In this document: in pieces, positions 1-12,452 of the stretch
How the letters are laid out: each line of letters starts with the position of its first letter
Numbering within the stretch: the first letter of the stretch is position 1
Source of the DNA: Amoebophrya sp. A120
Taxonomy: Eukaryota; Protista; Dinoflagellata
DNA: 64,000 nt
Assembly (NCBI GenBank): GCA_905178155.1
Contig: CAJINV010000005.1
Span: 4,629,556-4,693,555 of the forward strand
Direction: 5' to 3'
Notes under the pieces: model-generated
Databases searched by the model: none
The model's input: only the letters and a program-made list of their open reading frames with translations
What the model was told of the DNA's origin: nothing
Program-made: the position numbers and the translations under genes

Positions 1-1012
1 CTGTCATCGATATGGAGACAACAGAACTTTTTGATCCGCATTTTCTAGCGAGGTTCGAACCACTGGGATCAGGAAGATTCTCGATTTTGAGAGGCACTGA
101 AGGATCCGTAAAACGACCTGCGAAAAGCATTTCAATTTAGATGGAAGAGCAGCGAATCGCGCATTTGCCTTTATTGGCACTCTAATTTCCAGAAAGAACT
201 ACTACTCGACCATCTGCACAGCCAGAACACTTGGCATCGCTTCTTCGCCCCATCGCCGCTTCAACAACAAATCCGCTACTCAGTCGTGATATTTTGAAGA
301 ATCATGATATAGGCTTTTATTCCCACCTGCTGTAGTGACTCTAGACGCCTAAAAAATTTTACATCTGGTCCTCGTGGGCCGTCATGTATAATAAGGAGGC
401 AATCTTTTGCCTACCAGGCACTAAGTTGCACTGATTGTTGCAATACCTTGTTCCAAAACTTGTCTTATCTTGGTCGCCGTGATGGGCCGCTCTCACGTGT
501 CACGTCGTTTAAGTAGTACAGGATTTACCTAGAGCTTTACGAGCCTCAGGACACACATTGACATTGCTTCCAAGAAAGATTGTTTCTGCACTTTTTGACA
601 CTACTTCATCAATTTGTTTTGATTGTACACGTAGGAAGCATAATCTTCGAGTTAAAGAATGAAAACAGTACCATCGCATCATATGGGTTCTCGTCAAGTG
701 CTGTAAAAAGAAGAAGCAACTGCATCTACGACTAGTCACCAGCACCATGAAGACATCGCTTTCACTACTCAAGAGAGTGCAACTTTAAGCTTACCAGCAC
801 GACCAAGTTGTAGTCGACGTGCTGCCTCCGCTCCAACCAGCTCCAGCTGACGCAATTTTACACTATCTAACCGTCGCACACCTCCTTCACCTCGCTCTCC
901 GCATTGGCAAAAATCAAAAGACCCTTCCTTGGCCCCCGACCGTCCGGTGCGGCGTGGTAATGCTGTCTTACTCCCACGGCCTGTGGCGGAAAAATACACA
1001 AAGTTTCCGGTG

Positions 1013-1286
1013 TATCAAATGTAAAAGTGTCTGGGTCTGGAGAAATGCAACTTGTCATGCTAAATCTGAAACTGAAGCATGCAAAAATCTGTGCTGCGTG
1101 ATTCCCACAAGTTGTCCAGTTTCGACCAAGTCGGGGGGGAGTTTCTCATTCTCACGAAGGATAGGTATGAGAGAGATCGCACAGAATCTGTCGCGCTAGG
1201 TCCTGCATTCCAGACCTCATGGGTCACGGAAAAGCTGCATGACAAGTCGCGCACTCTTCCAGACCCAGACATTTTTGCATGTGATA
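1013..1286. mobile_element. Introner, TIR family A (TATCAAATGTAAAAGTGTCTGGGTCTGGA)
   Basis: TIRs; perfect TSD CGGTG (1008-1012/1287-1291); empty sites in paralogues at ~4750 and ~9975; removal gives LKPCP|PETL. Confidence 0.92.
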
Positions 1287-1863
1287 CGGTGGGCAGGGCT
1301 TTAAATTCGTTTCCTCCATCAATTTAGAAAAGGCTATGCATTCTCTTTGTCGGACTCCGGGATAATAGCATTGGCCCCTTTAGATGGTGGTTGTGGTTCT
1401 TTCTTTCCATCTCGCTGTGTGGCCTTCGTCCCTCGCTTCCCGAACAGGCTTTGGTCTAAAGTCAGTTGCGAGGCAGCCTCGTCCACGCCGGCTTCGTCTT
1501 CATTCCCCGCTGCATAGGACCCTCGCTGACTTTGCTGCTTTCCACGCTTCCATTCGTCGAACTGGTTACTCACTCTACGTAGCTCCTGGTACTGGCGATC
1601 GAACGAAGCTCCTGCTTCACGTTCATCATGATCCTCTCCAAATCTGACAAGCGGCCCAGACAGTGTCGTGTGCGGAATACTGCCACAAGAAAGTTCCGGA
1701 GCTTCTAGAGATACAACCGCTACCAAAGTATCGGCTGCACAGTAGTCGTTTCCCAGCGGTGGCTGAGCGGCAGTGCAAACTTTGTAGCCGTGTACCGAGG
1801 CCGGCGGGTAAAGAGAGCCCGGTGGCGGTGGGGGGCTAAACTGATCTCCTATCTCGTCCACCG

Positions 1864-2173
1864 TATGGAAGCGTCAGGTTTGAAATAATCGCCAAAGTTG
1901 AAATAATTTGCAATGCATAAAATGCATGCCCCGAGGTGCGTGTGTTGCAGATCAGGCAAGTGAGGCCGATCGTAAGCCTGTTTGGGGTTACAGCTCGAGC
2001 TGCTAAAGTAGCATGAGAAAATCACTCTTCTTTGCCTGAACAGCATGACAAACTGGATTTAGGGACCGCCGAAATTTGTCATGCGCCACTTGAAAACTGG
2101 GTTCCAACTGGCGTCCGTTTTATGCATGGCAAATCATTTCAACTTTGTCGATTTCAACTCTGACACATCCATA
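1864..2173. mobile_element. Introner, TIR family B (TATGGA..GTCAG..TTGAAAT)
   Basis: ~55-bp imperfect TIR; perfect TSD CACCG; removal gives VRAV|DEIG in frame. Confidence 0.9.
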
Positions 2174-4771
2174 CACCGCGCGGACCGTGTATACGCGCGC
2201 CTCACCCTCCACGTCCTCTTTCGCATTTGCCAGTTTCACTCCGGCGCGCCGGAAAATATTTCGGATCGTGTTGGCTTCGGCCTCGAAAAGATGCGTGCCG
2301 TTTATCCAGGGGTCCATACGCCGGCTGAGCGATTTTACTTCCTCCTTCGTTAGCTTGATATGCACTTCATTCTTTTCCGGAATGTATCCCGGCAGCTTTT
2401 CAAACTTGGCCTGCTGTGCGCTTGCAGCTGCAGTCTTTAAAAAACCCAATCTCGGCGATTTCCAAGGAAGATGTTGAAGCTGAAGATCTTGCGCAGAAAT
2501 TAGCCGGCTCTAAAGTCGCTTTGCCGTGGTTCGGGTCGATGACGGCTTTGGCATGACAGACCCTTAGCGGTTCGATTTTTTCCCCTCCGGTTTCTTTTTG
2601 TCGATCATTTCTGCACGCGGATCGGACATCTGCGCCGAACGGCACACTGACCACGCACGGGTCTGTGTAAGGAAAAGCATTGCAGGTCTGCTCCCGAGCC
2701 AGTGGCTCAGTACCACCTTCGCTCCAGCGCGACGCGTCTGCCGGCGCTTGTCCGAGGCCGGCCGGGGTCGTTCCGACTACGGGCGAAGAATTCCCGATCA
2801 AAGCCGCTAACCCCGTAGTTGCAGCCGCCAACCCCATCGTGGCAGCCGCCACGGTTCCGATCTTTTTGCAACGCTGGGGACGAGGAGTTGCCGCAGGCTC
2901 CTGTGAAGCAGGGGAAGAACGTGGTCTGGACAACACCGATTGGTCCTTTTTGGATGTTGATCCGGGCGGAGGACCCGAAGACTCCTCGTCCTTGTTCGTG
3001 CGTTTCAACGTCCGCGCTGAGGCAGCTGGAGTCATGGCCAGCGCAAAAGCAGCATTACTGGGGCCGATAGTTGTACCCCAGAAACTGCCGAGCAAAGATC
3101 CCAGTACGAACAGGAGGAAGCGACCGAAACCTCCAGCAGGAGTGCACGACAGCATGACTCTACTTCCGCTGCGCATTTTCGTATCCACTGAAAAATTGCA
3201 CAGAAAAAATTTACGTACTGTTTTTTGCTTCCACCACTTGTAAGTGCCGTCGAATAAGCTACTTAGCTCAATGAGGTCGTCGTCACTAGATGCCTTGCAC
3301 GACTTCCACACTAAAAGATTGATTGAAAAGGTCAAGATTCTTTTACAAAGAACAAACTCTCGTGCCTCGGTTAAATGCGCTGTAAACGAGTTTTTTGAAT
3401 TTGATGATAAGTTTAGCTTTGACTTCGGTAGAACCTTTATTACGCTGGGGAATGCATGGAAATAACATTTGCGTACGACATTGTTGAAGTGCAATCTCGT
3501 CACAGAAACAGAATGTACTAGAATATCGAATCCGAAACAACTTTTTCCTTGCTATCATGATTGCAAGAACCTTTTGCGATGGTCTTCACAGGTGGATCCG
3601 TCATCGTGCTCGTTTTTCCTTCTTTACTGCTCTGTCACCGTGAATATTTTTCGGGAAAATATGGAAAGCTGTACTAGCACGACCAAGGTTCATTCTCGTC
3701 CAGAGATGATCTTTGATTCACTTCTGTAGCTGATCCCTCCTGCATTGGATGCTCACGTGGTTCGACTCCAGAACATTTTCACTTCTTCATCAAAACGGCG
3801 ACGGGGACGGACGGTCGTGGAGGTCGGAATTTGCACAAAATTGCTTCTCGTCTTATCCAAAATTTCTTCCACCGGGATTCTTTTTGTTGATGTATAAGGG
3901 GTTCGTTGACGTCGGGCTGCACCTGCAAGGAATTGTAATTCCTCGAAAGGCAGCCACTGCGTCGCTCTGCAAGTTGTACGGCAGTTTTTGGCCTCGTACG
4001 TGATTGATCTGCTCTAGTAACATTCACTGTAGTGCACGTCGTGCTCCAGTTGTACGACAGTGTACACGTGGTATAAGTCTGGACTCATACATAATTCCGT
4101 AGGCGTAGCTCATCATTCGCACTAATCTGTTCCTTCTGCTACACCTGATTCCCTAGCTCACCTTGTTCCGCATCAATCTGTTTCTTCTACGCTTTCATTC
4201 ATTTTCATTGACATTGTACACGTGGTGCTATGATTCAATCCGGGCTCCAGACAATGCCTGAAACAGGAACAAAAGTAACTTTTTCCAACAATAAACTTGC
4301 GTGGAGGTATAGAAGTCGAAGGTACGACACAGCCAAAAGCGGTAAACGGTTGCAGACGAATAGAATTTTTTACTGACTTTGAGATTGCTTCCCAACTACA
4401 CCTCGCGGTAGTGGTCTACCTTCCACGACCCTCTACCTCTTGACGACGAAGGGTTCTTGCTCCTACAAGGCTATAAGTATATCCGATTCTGTTTTAGAAG
4501 ATCCTGAAGTTGAATGTGAATCCCAAATCACGTATAAAAATCGCTGACCCGCTGGTGCTCGCCTCTCGCGAAAAACTCCAATTGTGTGTCTGCTCGCTTC
4601 TTTACGCGAGTGAGTGGGCCCTGTTCTTGTACGTGTTTAGGCCTTTCGCGAGAACCAAAAAACCCTTCCGCGGCCCATATTGTGGAGGTGCTGCGTGGTA
4701 ATGCTCCGACGTCCCTTCTGCCTGGGGCGGGAAAATGCACAAGGTCTCTGCGGGACAGGGCTTCAGGATGG

Positions 4772-5013
4772 TATGGAGGTATGCAAAACATTATATCGTG
4801 CTTTGCTAGTAATAATCTCGATCTAGTTCGTAGAAGTACACTGCAAGATGACAATTTTTGTCTTTTTGAGATGAAAACCGATGTAAATCTGACAGCATGC
4901 GGATGTGAATATGAAGAGAGCAGAGATGAAGATGTAATGTTGCAGCGCACCTTCGTCGCTACATCCACGTCGGACGAGCAGCAGCACGATAGTAAGTACT
5001 TTTGCAGAGCATA
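4772..5013. mobile_element. Decayed introner (family C-like ends), shared with copy 3
   Basis: TA ends, short decayed TIR, TSD GATGG/GTTGG; absent in copy 1; removal gives ETN|LKPC. Confidence 0.8.
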
Positions 5014-6024
5014 GTTGGTTTCCTGGATCAGTTCCGAAAATGCGGCGCACTTTTTCCTATCGGCCTCTTTCTCCATTTCCTCCGGTCGCTGAGTGGAATT
5101 TGTCCCTTCTTCTTTTCCGAACTGGGTCATGATATCGTCCAATTCACTTATTGCACGGTTCACTATCGCCACTGCCTGGCGTTGCCTTTGTAAAAATGGC
5201 ACGTCGGAAGATGAGGCAGCGCCGTCTTTATAATTCCGGTCGAGCAGTGGGCCCGACAGCGTTGCGTGCGGAATGCCCTCAGGGTGGAATTCGTTTCCCT
5301 TTGGGAGCATATCGGGCCCCGCACAAGCATAGCCGGGGGCTTCAAGCGACACGACAGCCACGAGCGGGTCCGGCACGGCTAGGCACTGGTCTTTACCTTG
5401 TGCAGGATCGGCATAAATGCATGACCCGGAGCTCGGGCTACCTATGTTGGAACCGTGGAACGGCTGCCGCGGTGGGTAGAACGGCCCGGCGGGGCGCGCT
5501 AATCCCCAATCACGCGCTTGTTTGGGGTTGAGTTCATAAACGCGACGGAGATGAAAATACGCCCCCGCGGTTTTGTTGCCGGGATGAAAAGAATTAATAT
5601 CCTCGTCCCCTGCATCGGCAACCCGCACGCCGGCGCGCTCGAAAAGCTTTCGCACCGTCTCCACCTCGGACTCAATTTCTTCTCTCGTCATGATCTTTAC
5701 GCGATCGCGACCCGTCCCGGTGCGCGCGGGGCTCCTGCTTAGGGCCTCGACCTCCTGTTTCGTCACCTTAACGTGGACCTCGTTCTTCGGCCTGATATAC
5801 CCCGGTAGCCGCTCAAACTTCGCCTGCTCAGACGCCGCAGTGGAGGCGTCTCGGAAAAACCCAATGGCCGCTGTTTCCAACGGAGAACCGCTGTAAGAGC
5901 TCCCGTCCTCTTGTAGAACCGATCTCGCTACAGTCGCTTTCCCCCGGTTCGCATCCATGACGGCCCCTTTCTTGCACACGCTGCGTGCGTTTCGTACGGC
6001 TTCTTTTTGTGCGTGTTGAAAACA

Positions 6025-6289
6025 TATCAAATGCAAAAGTGTCTGGGTCTGGAAGAATGCAACTTGTCATGCTAAATCTGAAGCATGCAAAAATCTGTGT
6101 TGCATGATTACCAAAAGTGGTCCAGTTTATCTGACCAAGTCGGGAGGGAGTTTCTCATGCAGGATAGGAATGAGAGAGATCGCACAGAGTCTGTCATGCT
6201 AGGTCCTGCATTCCAGACCTCATGGGTCATGGAAAAGCTGCATGACAAAGCGCGCATGCTTCCATACCCAGACATATTTGCATTCGATA
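6025..6289. mobile_element. Introner, family A
   Basis: TIRs; perfect TSD AAACA; empty sites at ~7770 and ~11456. Confidence 0.92.
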
Positions 6290-6339
6290 AAACATTTCGG
6301 CTCGGGCTGCACCAGGTGGGTTCTTTCAGTGGGCTGCAC

Positions 6340-6647
6340 TATGGATCTGTCAGGATTGAAATCGACAAAGTTGAAATAACTTGTAATGCATAAAATCCAT
6401 ACCAGTTAGAAGCCCAATTTTCAAGCGGTGCATGACAAGTTTGGGTAGAGCCGAAATCCAGTTTATAATGCTGTTTGGGTAAGGAAGACGCCTTTTGTCA
6501 TGCTACTTTAGCAGCTGTATTTCTACCCCGCGACAGGCTTACAATCTGCCTCCCTTGCCTACTCTGCAAGACAGGCACTTTGTGGGTTGCATTTTATGCA
6601 TGGCAAACTATTTCAACTTTGACGATTTCAATCCTGACACTCCCATA
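6340..6647. mobile_element. Introner, family B (opposite orientation to 1864-2173)
   Basis: TIRs; TSD TGCAC/TCCAC; empty site at ~11505. Confidence 0.88.
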
Positions 6648-6761
6648 TCCACCAGGCAGGGATCAAGATAGAAGTGTGAAGGACCACCATCGCCTTCGGC
6701 TGTTGTACTAATATCTTCGCACACGAGTACTTTTGGACAAGATTTGTCAGCAGCGTCCTCA

Positions 6762-6858
6762 TATGCATTGCAAAAGTAAGGTAATGCATTCGTGTAAATG
6801 CATTACAAATTTCCTGCTCAGCATGAGAAATAAAATTTGTTATGCGGATTTACCTTGA
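6762..6858. mobile_element. Truncated introner, family C
   Basis: Left TIR TATGCATTGCAAAAGTA and internal part match 24787/49867/61907; right half missing. Confidence 0.75.
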
Positions 6859-7175
6859 ATTGAATTGAAGTAGCGACGCCCCCTGACGTGCCTCGGTAGC
6901 CGATCGCTCTACCAACCGGAGGTGCTAATTACATGCTTACTTCTTCGTTCGTCGAGCACCTTATTCCGCCATACAAGCCGGCTGGTGAGCAATTACCCGG
7001 ACTGCCGGCCCAATTTGTGCCGGTTTTGGTGTTTTAGGGAGATACCAAGATTTTGTTTTATTTTATCACTAGATTTAGATGAAATAAAACCTCGTCGCGT
7101 ACAACTGCGCCCATTGAGGACGCAGCTGCCCCACGGCAAAAATTACTCCTTCGCCCTCCCCTGTCCTAGTATTCA

Positions 7176-8776
7176 TTAGTCGACAAATTTCATACTTGTT
7201 TTGTCGACCAAATCACCAGCACTCATCCGCATTCCCCGCTTGATCTGCGTGCATAGTTCCAAAGTCGCGCTGATCCGCGCTTGGTCCCCGCTGGCAAAGG
7301 CCACGCGCAAAAGCTCCGCGTTGTTTTTTTCTACTTCCAGCACCCTTTCCGTCCGAATGCGCTTCAGCTCTTCGTTGAAACAATGCAGCCGCCGTTCAAA
7401 TAACTTCATGGCCTGTTCCCACACGTTTTGCTGACAGGTATACCCCCGCCGGTAAAACTCCAGCCAGGACTGCGCCATGGGCCCGTGGTATTGTTGCTGC
7501 TGCAGAAGCTCCTGCCCAGGCTGCACCACCTGGTGCACCAGAGCCGGCTGCTGACCTTGCTGGTGAAGAGGATCTGGGTGAAGGTTGTGCGGTCCGCCCT
7601 GCGTAGAAGTAGGGGATCCGGAGGAAGTAGTCGAAGCTGTAGTCCTAGTTGTCACACATAAAGCCAGCAGTTGCTGTTGCATGCACGACACCGATGCAAC
7701 AAGGGTAGTACCAGCCTGTTCAACATGTTTTGCACCTCCTCCTTTACGGCTTCTTTTTGTGCGTGTTGAAAACATTTCGGCTCGGGCTGCACCAGGTGGG
7801 TTCTTTCTGTGGGCTGCTGCACCAGGCGGGGATTAATATAGTGTGAAGGACCATCATCTTCGGCTGTTGTACTCATATCTTCGCACACGAGTTGTATCAA
7901 ATATAAAAATGTCTGGGTCTGGAAGATTAGAACTTGTCATGCTAAATCCGAATGATGCAAAAATCTGTGTTGCGTGAGTACCAAAAGCTGTCCGCTTTTG
8001 ACCAAGTTGAGAGGGAGTTTCTCATGCAGGAAAGGCATGATAGAGACCTCAAAAAATCTGTCACGCTGGGTCTCGCATTCCAGACCTCATGGGTCATGGA
8101 AAACCTGCATCACAAATCTTGCATTCTTCCAGACCCAGACATTTTTACATTTGATAAGTTGTACTTTTGGACAAGATTTGTCAGCAGCGTCCTCAGCGGC
8201 AGCGAGGTCTCGTGGATGCGGGACACTTAGAACGCACGGGCCACTAGTTGTACTCTGTAGAGCTACTTTATTCATCGTCCCTGCAGAAATGTAGTACAAC
8301 CCTGCTCCGCCGATCGCCGCAGCCAGCAACGTGGCTTTTTTTCCGATTGTTCCGAAGAGCCGCGTGGACATTTTATTGCTGGGGGTGACTTCGGAGGAGC
8401 CTTCAACATCCTTAGATGAACCCCGCCGTGGTCCACGACTAGAAATAGATGCTGACGCAGTTTTGTTTTCCCCTCGAGCAGGTGGTGGCTGCAACGAAGA
8501 AGAAGAAGTGCGCGACGACGAGGACGCCAGGATCGGTTCGCCACTCTTTGAAGATGATGTTGCAGCTCCGCGATTGGAAGTAGGGCGCCCTTGCCCTACC
8601 ATGAACGGTCTGAAGTTGTTCGAGCGTCCTGTCGCTTCTGAGGGCATCATCAACCCAAAAGCCGCAGTGATGGTACAACTCCCGAAAAAACTACTGCCCG
8701 AGATAAATTGTCCGAATGTTAGTAGCCGTAGAAGCCGACGCGAGCCGGAAAAGGGCGGGGGCAAGGACTGCAACAT
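7176..8776 (-). pseudogene. Chimera: family-1 5' half (8776-7745) fused out of frame to the 3' end of the large 22.7-32.7 kb gene (7745-7176)
   Basis: 7746-8360 near-identical to 11430-12045; 7049-7740 near-identical to 22540-23235; family-1 frame stops at 7652. Confidence 0.75.
7895..8156. mobile_element. Introner, family A
   Basis: TIRs; perfect TSD AGTTG; identical to 11580-11841. Confidence 0.92.
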
Positions 8777-9811
8777 CTTCTTCCTATAACTTTCGCTATG
8801 AGATGAATCGTCCAAGATTATAAACAGGAGTTGATGTTGATACACTTACAAATCGAGGAGGTTATCAAAACCAAAAGGTAAGGTAAACACACGGCTGCCA
8901 CCTGCCAGTCTGTGTTGTATATTTCAGATAATAGTATAGTCGTGCTTAATACGCTTGTTTGGTTTGCGAATTGACTTTGGTGCTCATCAACAGCATTTGA
9001 TATTTGCAGGCGATGAACATCAAATGCTTAAATGGAACTATAGCGTACTTGCTAGCAACAACAACAGGTATACAATCAATATTTGCGTCGTTGTACAATT
9101 TACCTCGCGCCACCGCGAGCGCAGAATTTACAAAAATATCGAAGCCGTATCCGACACAACTAACAACTTTTCTTGTCATTGCAAGAACCATTTGCGGGGA
9201 TCTTCGCTGGCCCTCGTGGATCGGTCGTTACAAATCGTGATCGTTTTTACTTTGCCGTTCTGTCACCATGGGGATAGGAGGAAATAAAATGGAGCGCTGC
9301 ACTAGCACTAGCACGACCAAGAAGCATATATAATTCTCAAGAACCCACGATGATCCTTTTCTCGTCCTCTTCCCTAGTTGATCATCCCTGTATTGGGTCA
9401 TGCCTAAGTGGTTCGACCCAAGAACAAAATCTTCTCTTCATCCAAGCGGCGACGGTCGTGTTGAAAGCCTTTCTTATTCTTTCCGCGCCAGGGCTGGTAG
9501 CACAAAGCTCCTTCTCGTCTTATCCCAAATTTGTTCCCGTTTTTTTTTGTTGCTGAAATGGAATTACTTTGGCATGCAAATGCAATTTTGCAATGAAATC
9601 TTTTTGTTGTTGAAGATATAGAAAATGCAATTTTGTTGTTGATACATAAAAAGGAGGCTCACATCTGGCAGGAAGAAATTGTTCCTCGAAAGGCAGCCAC
9701 TGCGCTGTTCTGCAAGTTGTACGGCAGTCTGGCTTTGGCCTGGTACGTGATTCCGTAGCTTATTCGCATTAATCTGCTCTACTAACATTCATTGCACCCG
9801 GACGTGGTGCT

Positions 9812-12452
9812 CTAGAGTTGGACCTGCTGGATGCCGATCAAATAACTATCGTGGACCTGCTGCTCGCTTCTCGCGAAAACCAGAAAACCCATCCTCGGCC
9901 CATATTCTGGAGGTGCTGCGTGGTAATGCTCCAAGGTCCCTTTTGCCTGGGGCGGGAAAATGCACAATGTTTCCGGGGGACAGGGCTTCAGGATGGTATG
10001 GTGTGCAAAAAAGTCGTGCTTTCTTCGACCATGAGAGTGTCGGTGACTATACAATACATTAGACCACTTTTTTTTGAGAGATCAACCAGTGGAAATCTGT
10101 TAGCACGCAGACGTGAATGAGAGCATAGACTTTGTAGTCATGCAATACTGCGATTTCTAATTCTAATTCTATCTAAATCACACGACAACCGGAACCGGGC
10201 AGCACGATAATAAAAAGTACTACTTTTGCAGTGGATAGTTGGTTTCCTGCATCAGTTTCGACAATGCGGCGCACTTTTTCCTATCGGCTTCTTTCCGCAT
10301 ATCCTCCGCTCGCTGATTGTAATTTTTTCCTTTTTCTTTTCGAACCAGGCTCAGATCCAAAGGCAGTAGGTCCTCCCACGTAAAAAGAGGCTCTGGTGGC
10401 TTTTCTCGAATCAATTCACCCATCACACGTTCTACTCGCGCCAGCTCCTGGCGTTGCCGCTTTAGAAGATGTTGCGCCACGTCCAGCTCAGAAGATGAAG
10501 ATGAGCCAGCAGACTCTACTTTCCGGTCGATAACCGGGCCCGACAGCGTTGCTTGTGGAAACCCCCCGTCGTGGTATTCGTTTCCCTCCGGGAGCATATC
10601 GGGCCCCGCGCAGGCAAAGCCGGGGGCTTCAAGAGAAATGACAGCCACGAGCTCGTCTTGCACGGTTCTTACGCACTTTGTCCCGTCATCATGATCCACG
10701 TCGCACAAGCTAGGGCCACTTACCCCGGAACTGTGAAACCACTCCGGTGGGTAGAAAGGCCCGGCGGCGGGTAGTGACGACGTTGACCAGAAGGGCGATT
10801 CGCGATTGTATTCCTCCACGGCTCGCAGAAAATAAGCCCTCGCCGCGCCGGAGATGTCATCCCCCGCATCGGCAAGCCGCACGCCGGCGCGCTCGAAAAG
10901 CTTTCGCACAGTCTCCGCTTCGGACTCGAGTACATGTATCAGCTACAAAAGTATGTAATATTGCACTCGTAGGAAATGAATTTTTTGCAGTCATATGCAT
11001 GACAAATCCGACTTTCACTTTCGACCTGAACTGGCATTTTTACAAATTGCGTTTTTGTTCTTGACAAAATTTCATACGAGTACGGCACTACTATAAGTCT
11101 ATATACTTTTATTTGCAATGCATAAAATGCCTGGAGGCCCATGCCATCCCGGAGCCCATGCGCCCGCCGGCGCTCAGGGACTCGACTTCCTGCTTCGTCA
11201 GCTTACCGTGGACCTCGTTCTTCGGCTCATTATACCCCGGTAGCCGCTCAAACTTCGCCTGCTCAGACGCCGCAGTGGAGGCGTCCCGGAAAAACCCAAT
11301 GGCCGCCGTTTCCAACGGACCGCTGTGAGAGCTCCCGTCATCTTCGAGTAGAACCGATCTCGCTACAGTCGCTTTCCCGCGGTTCGCATCCATGACGGCC
11401 CCTTTCTTGCACACTCTGCGTGCGTTTCGTACGGCTTCTTTTTGTGCGTGTTGAAAACATTTCGGCTCGGGCTGCACCAGGTGGGTTCTTTCTGTGGGCT
11501 GCTGCACCAGGCGGGGATTAATATAGTGTGAAGGACCATCATCTTCGGCTGTTGTACTCATATCTTCGCACACGAGTTGTATCAAATATAAAAATGTCTG
11601 GGTCTGGAAGATTAGAACTTGTCATGCTAAATCCGAATGATGCAAAAATCTGTGTTGCGTGAGTACCAAAAGCTGTCCGCTTTTGACCAAGTTGAGAGGG
11701 AGTTTCTCATGCAGGAAAGGCATGATAGAGACCTCAAAAAATCTGTCACGCTGGGTCTCGCATTCCAGACCTCATGGGTCATGGAAAACCTGCATCACAA
11801 ATCTTGCATTCTTCCAGACCCAGACATTTTTACATTTGATAAGTTGTACTTTTGGACAAGATTTGTCAGCAGCGTCCTCAGCGGCAGCGAGGTCTCGTGG
11901 ATGCGGGACACTTAGAACGCACGGGCCACTAGTTGTACTCTGTAGAGCTACTTTATTCATCGTCCCTGCAGAAATGTAGTACAACCCTGCTCCGCCGATC
12001 GCCGCAGCCAGCAACGTGGCTTTTTTTCCGATTGTTCCGAGCCCCCACGTGGACATCTTGTTCCTGGGGGTGAGTGCTTCGGAGGGGGCTTCAACATCCT
12101 TAGATGAACCCCGCCGTGGTCCACGACTAGAAATAGATGCTGATGCAGTTTTGTTCTCCCCTGGAGCAGGTGGTGGCTGCAACGAAGAAGAAGAAGAAGA
12201 AGTGCCCGACGACGAGGACGCCAGGATCGGTTCGCCACTCTTTGATGATTTTCCCTCGCGATCGGAAGAGGGCCCCCCTCCGGGTGGTTTCCTGTGCGAG
12301 CGTCCTGTTGCTGAAGAGGGCATCAACCCAAAAGCCGCATTGATAGTACAGCTCCCGAAAAGACTGCCCGAGAGCAGTAGTAGACATCCGCATGTTACTA
12401 GGAGTCGGAACCGACGCGAGCCGGAACAAGAGGGTAAGTACAGCAACATCAT
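9812..12452 (-). CDS. Family-1 protein (copy 3, intact, ~644 aa), N-terminal hydrophobic segment plus second hydrophobic helix; 3 introners
   Basis: ORFs 11772-12458, 11109-11585, 10220-10909 and 9812-10054 join in frame after removing element+TSD (1935 nt spliced). Confidence 0.85.
9997..10237. mobile_element. Decayed introner, same insertion as 4772-5013
   Basis: Same site, same TSD pair GATGG/GTTGG, internally diverged. Confidence 0.8.
10937..11124. mobile_element. Introner, family C (decayed)
   Basis: TA ends; TSD ACATG/AAATG; removal gives SRH(L/V)LESEAETVR, matching intron-less HLFEAEA in copy 1. Confidence 0.8.
11580..11841. mobile_element. Introner, family A
   Basis: TIRs; perfect TSD AGTTG; VQL|VCE. 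Confidence 0.92.

Larger units (their letters stand above)
867..3176 (-). pseudogene. Family-1 paralogue (copy 1), putative secreted orphan protein; 2 introners, 2 single-base frameshifts
   Basis: ORFs 2400-3503, 2120-2449, 1334-1861 and 867-1058 align piecewise with the paralogues (IGFF..AKFEKLPGY, LVAVVSLEAP, HTTLSGP, LKPCPPETLCIFPPQA..HYHAAP). Frameshifts at a T6 run (~2440) and an A3 run (~1346) may be sequencing errors. Confidence 0.65.
4602..6761 (-). pseudogene. Family-1 paralogue (copy 2), 5'-truncated; 3 complete introners
   Basis: ORF 4528-6036 plus small exons 6290-6339 and 6648-6761; last exon LKPCPAETLCIFPPQA..HYHAAP ends at TAA 4602; upstream sequence breaks off inside an introner at ~6858. 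Confidence 0.7.
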
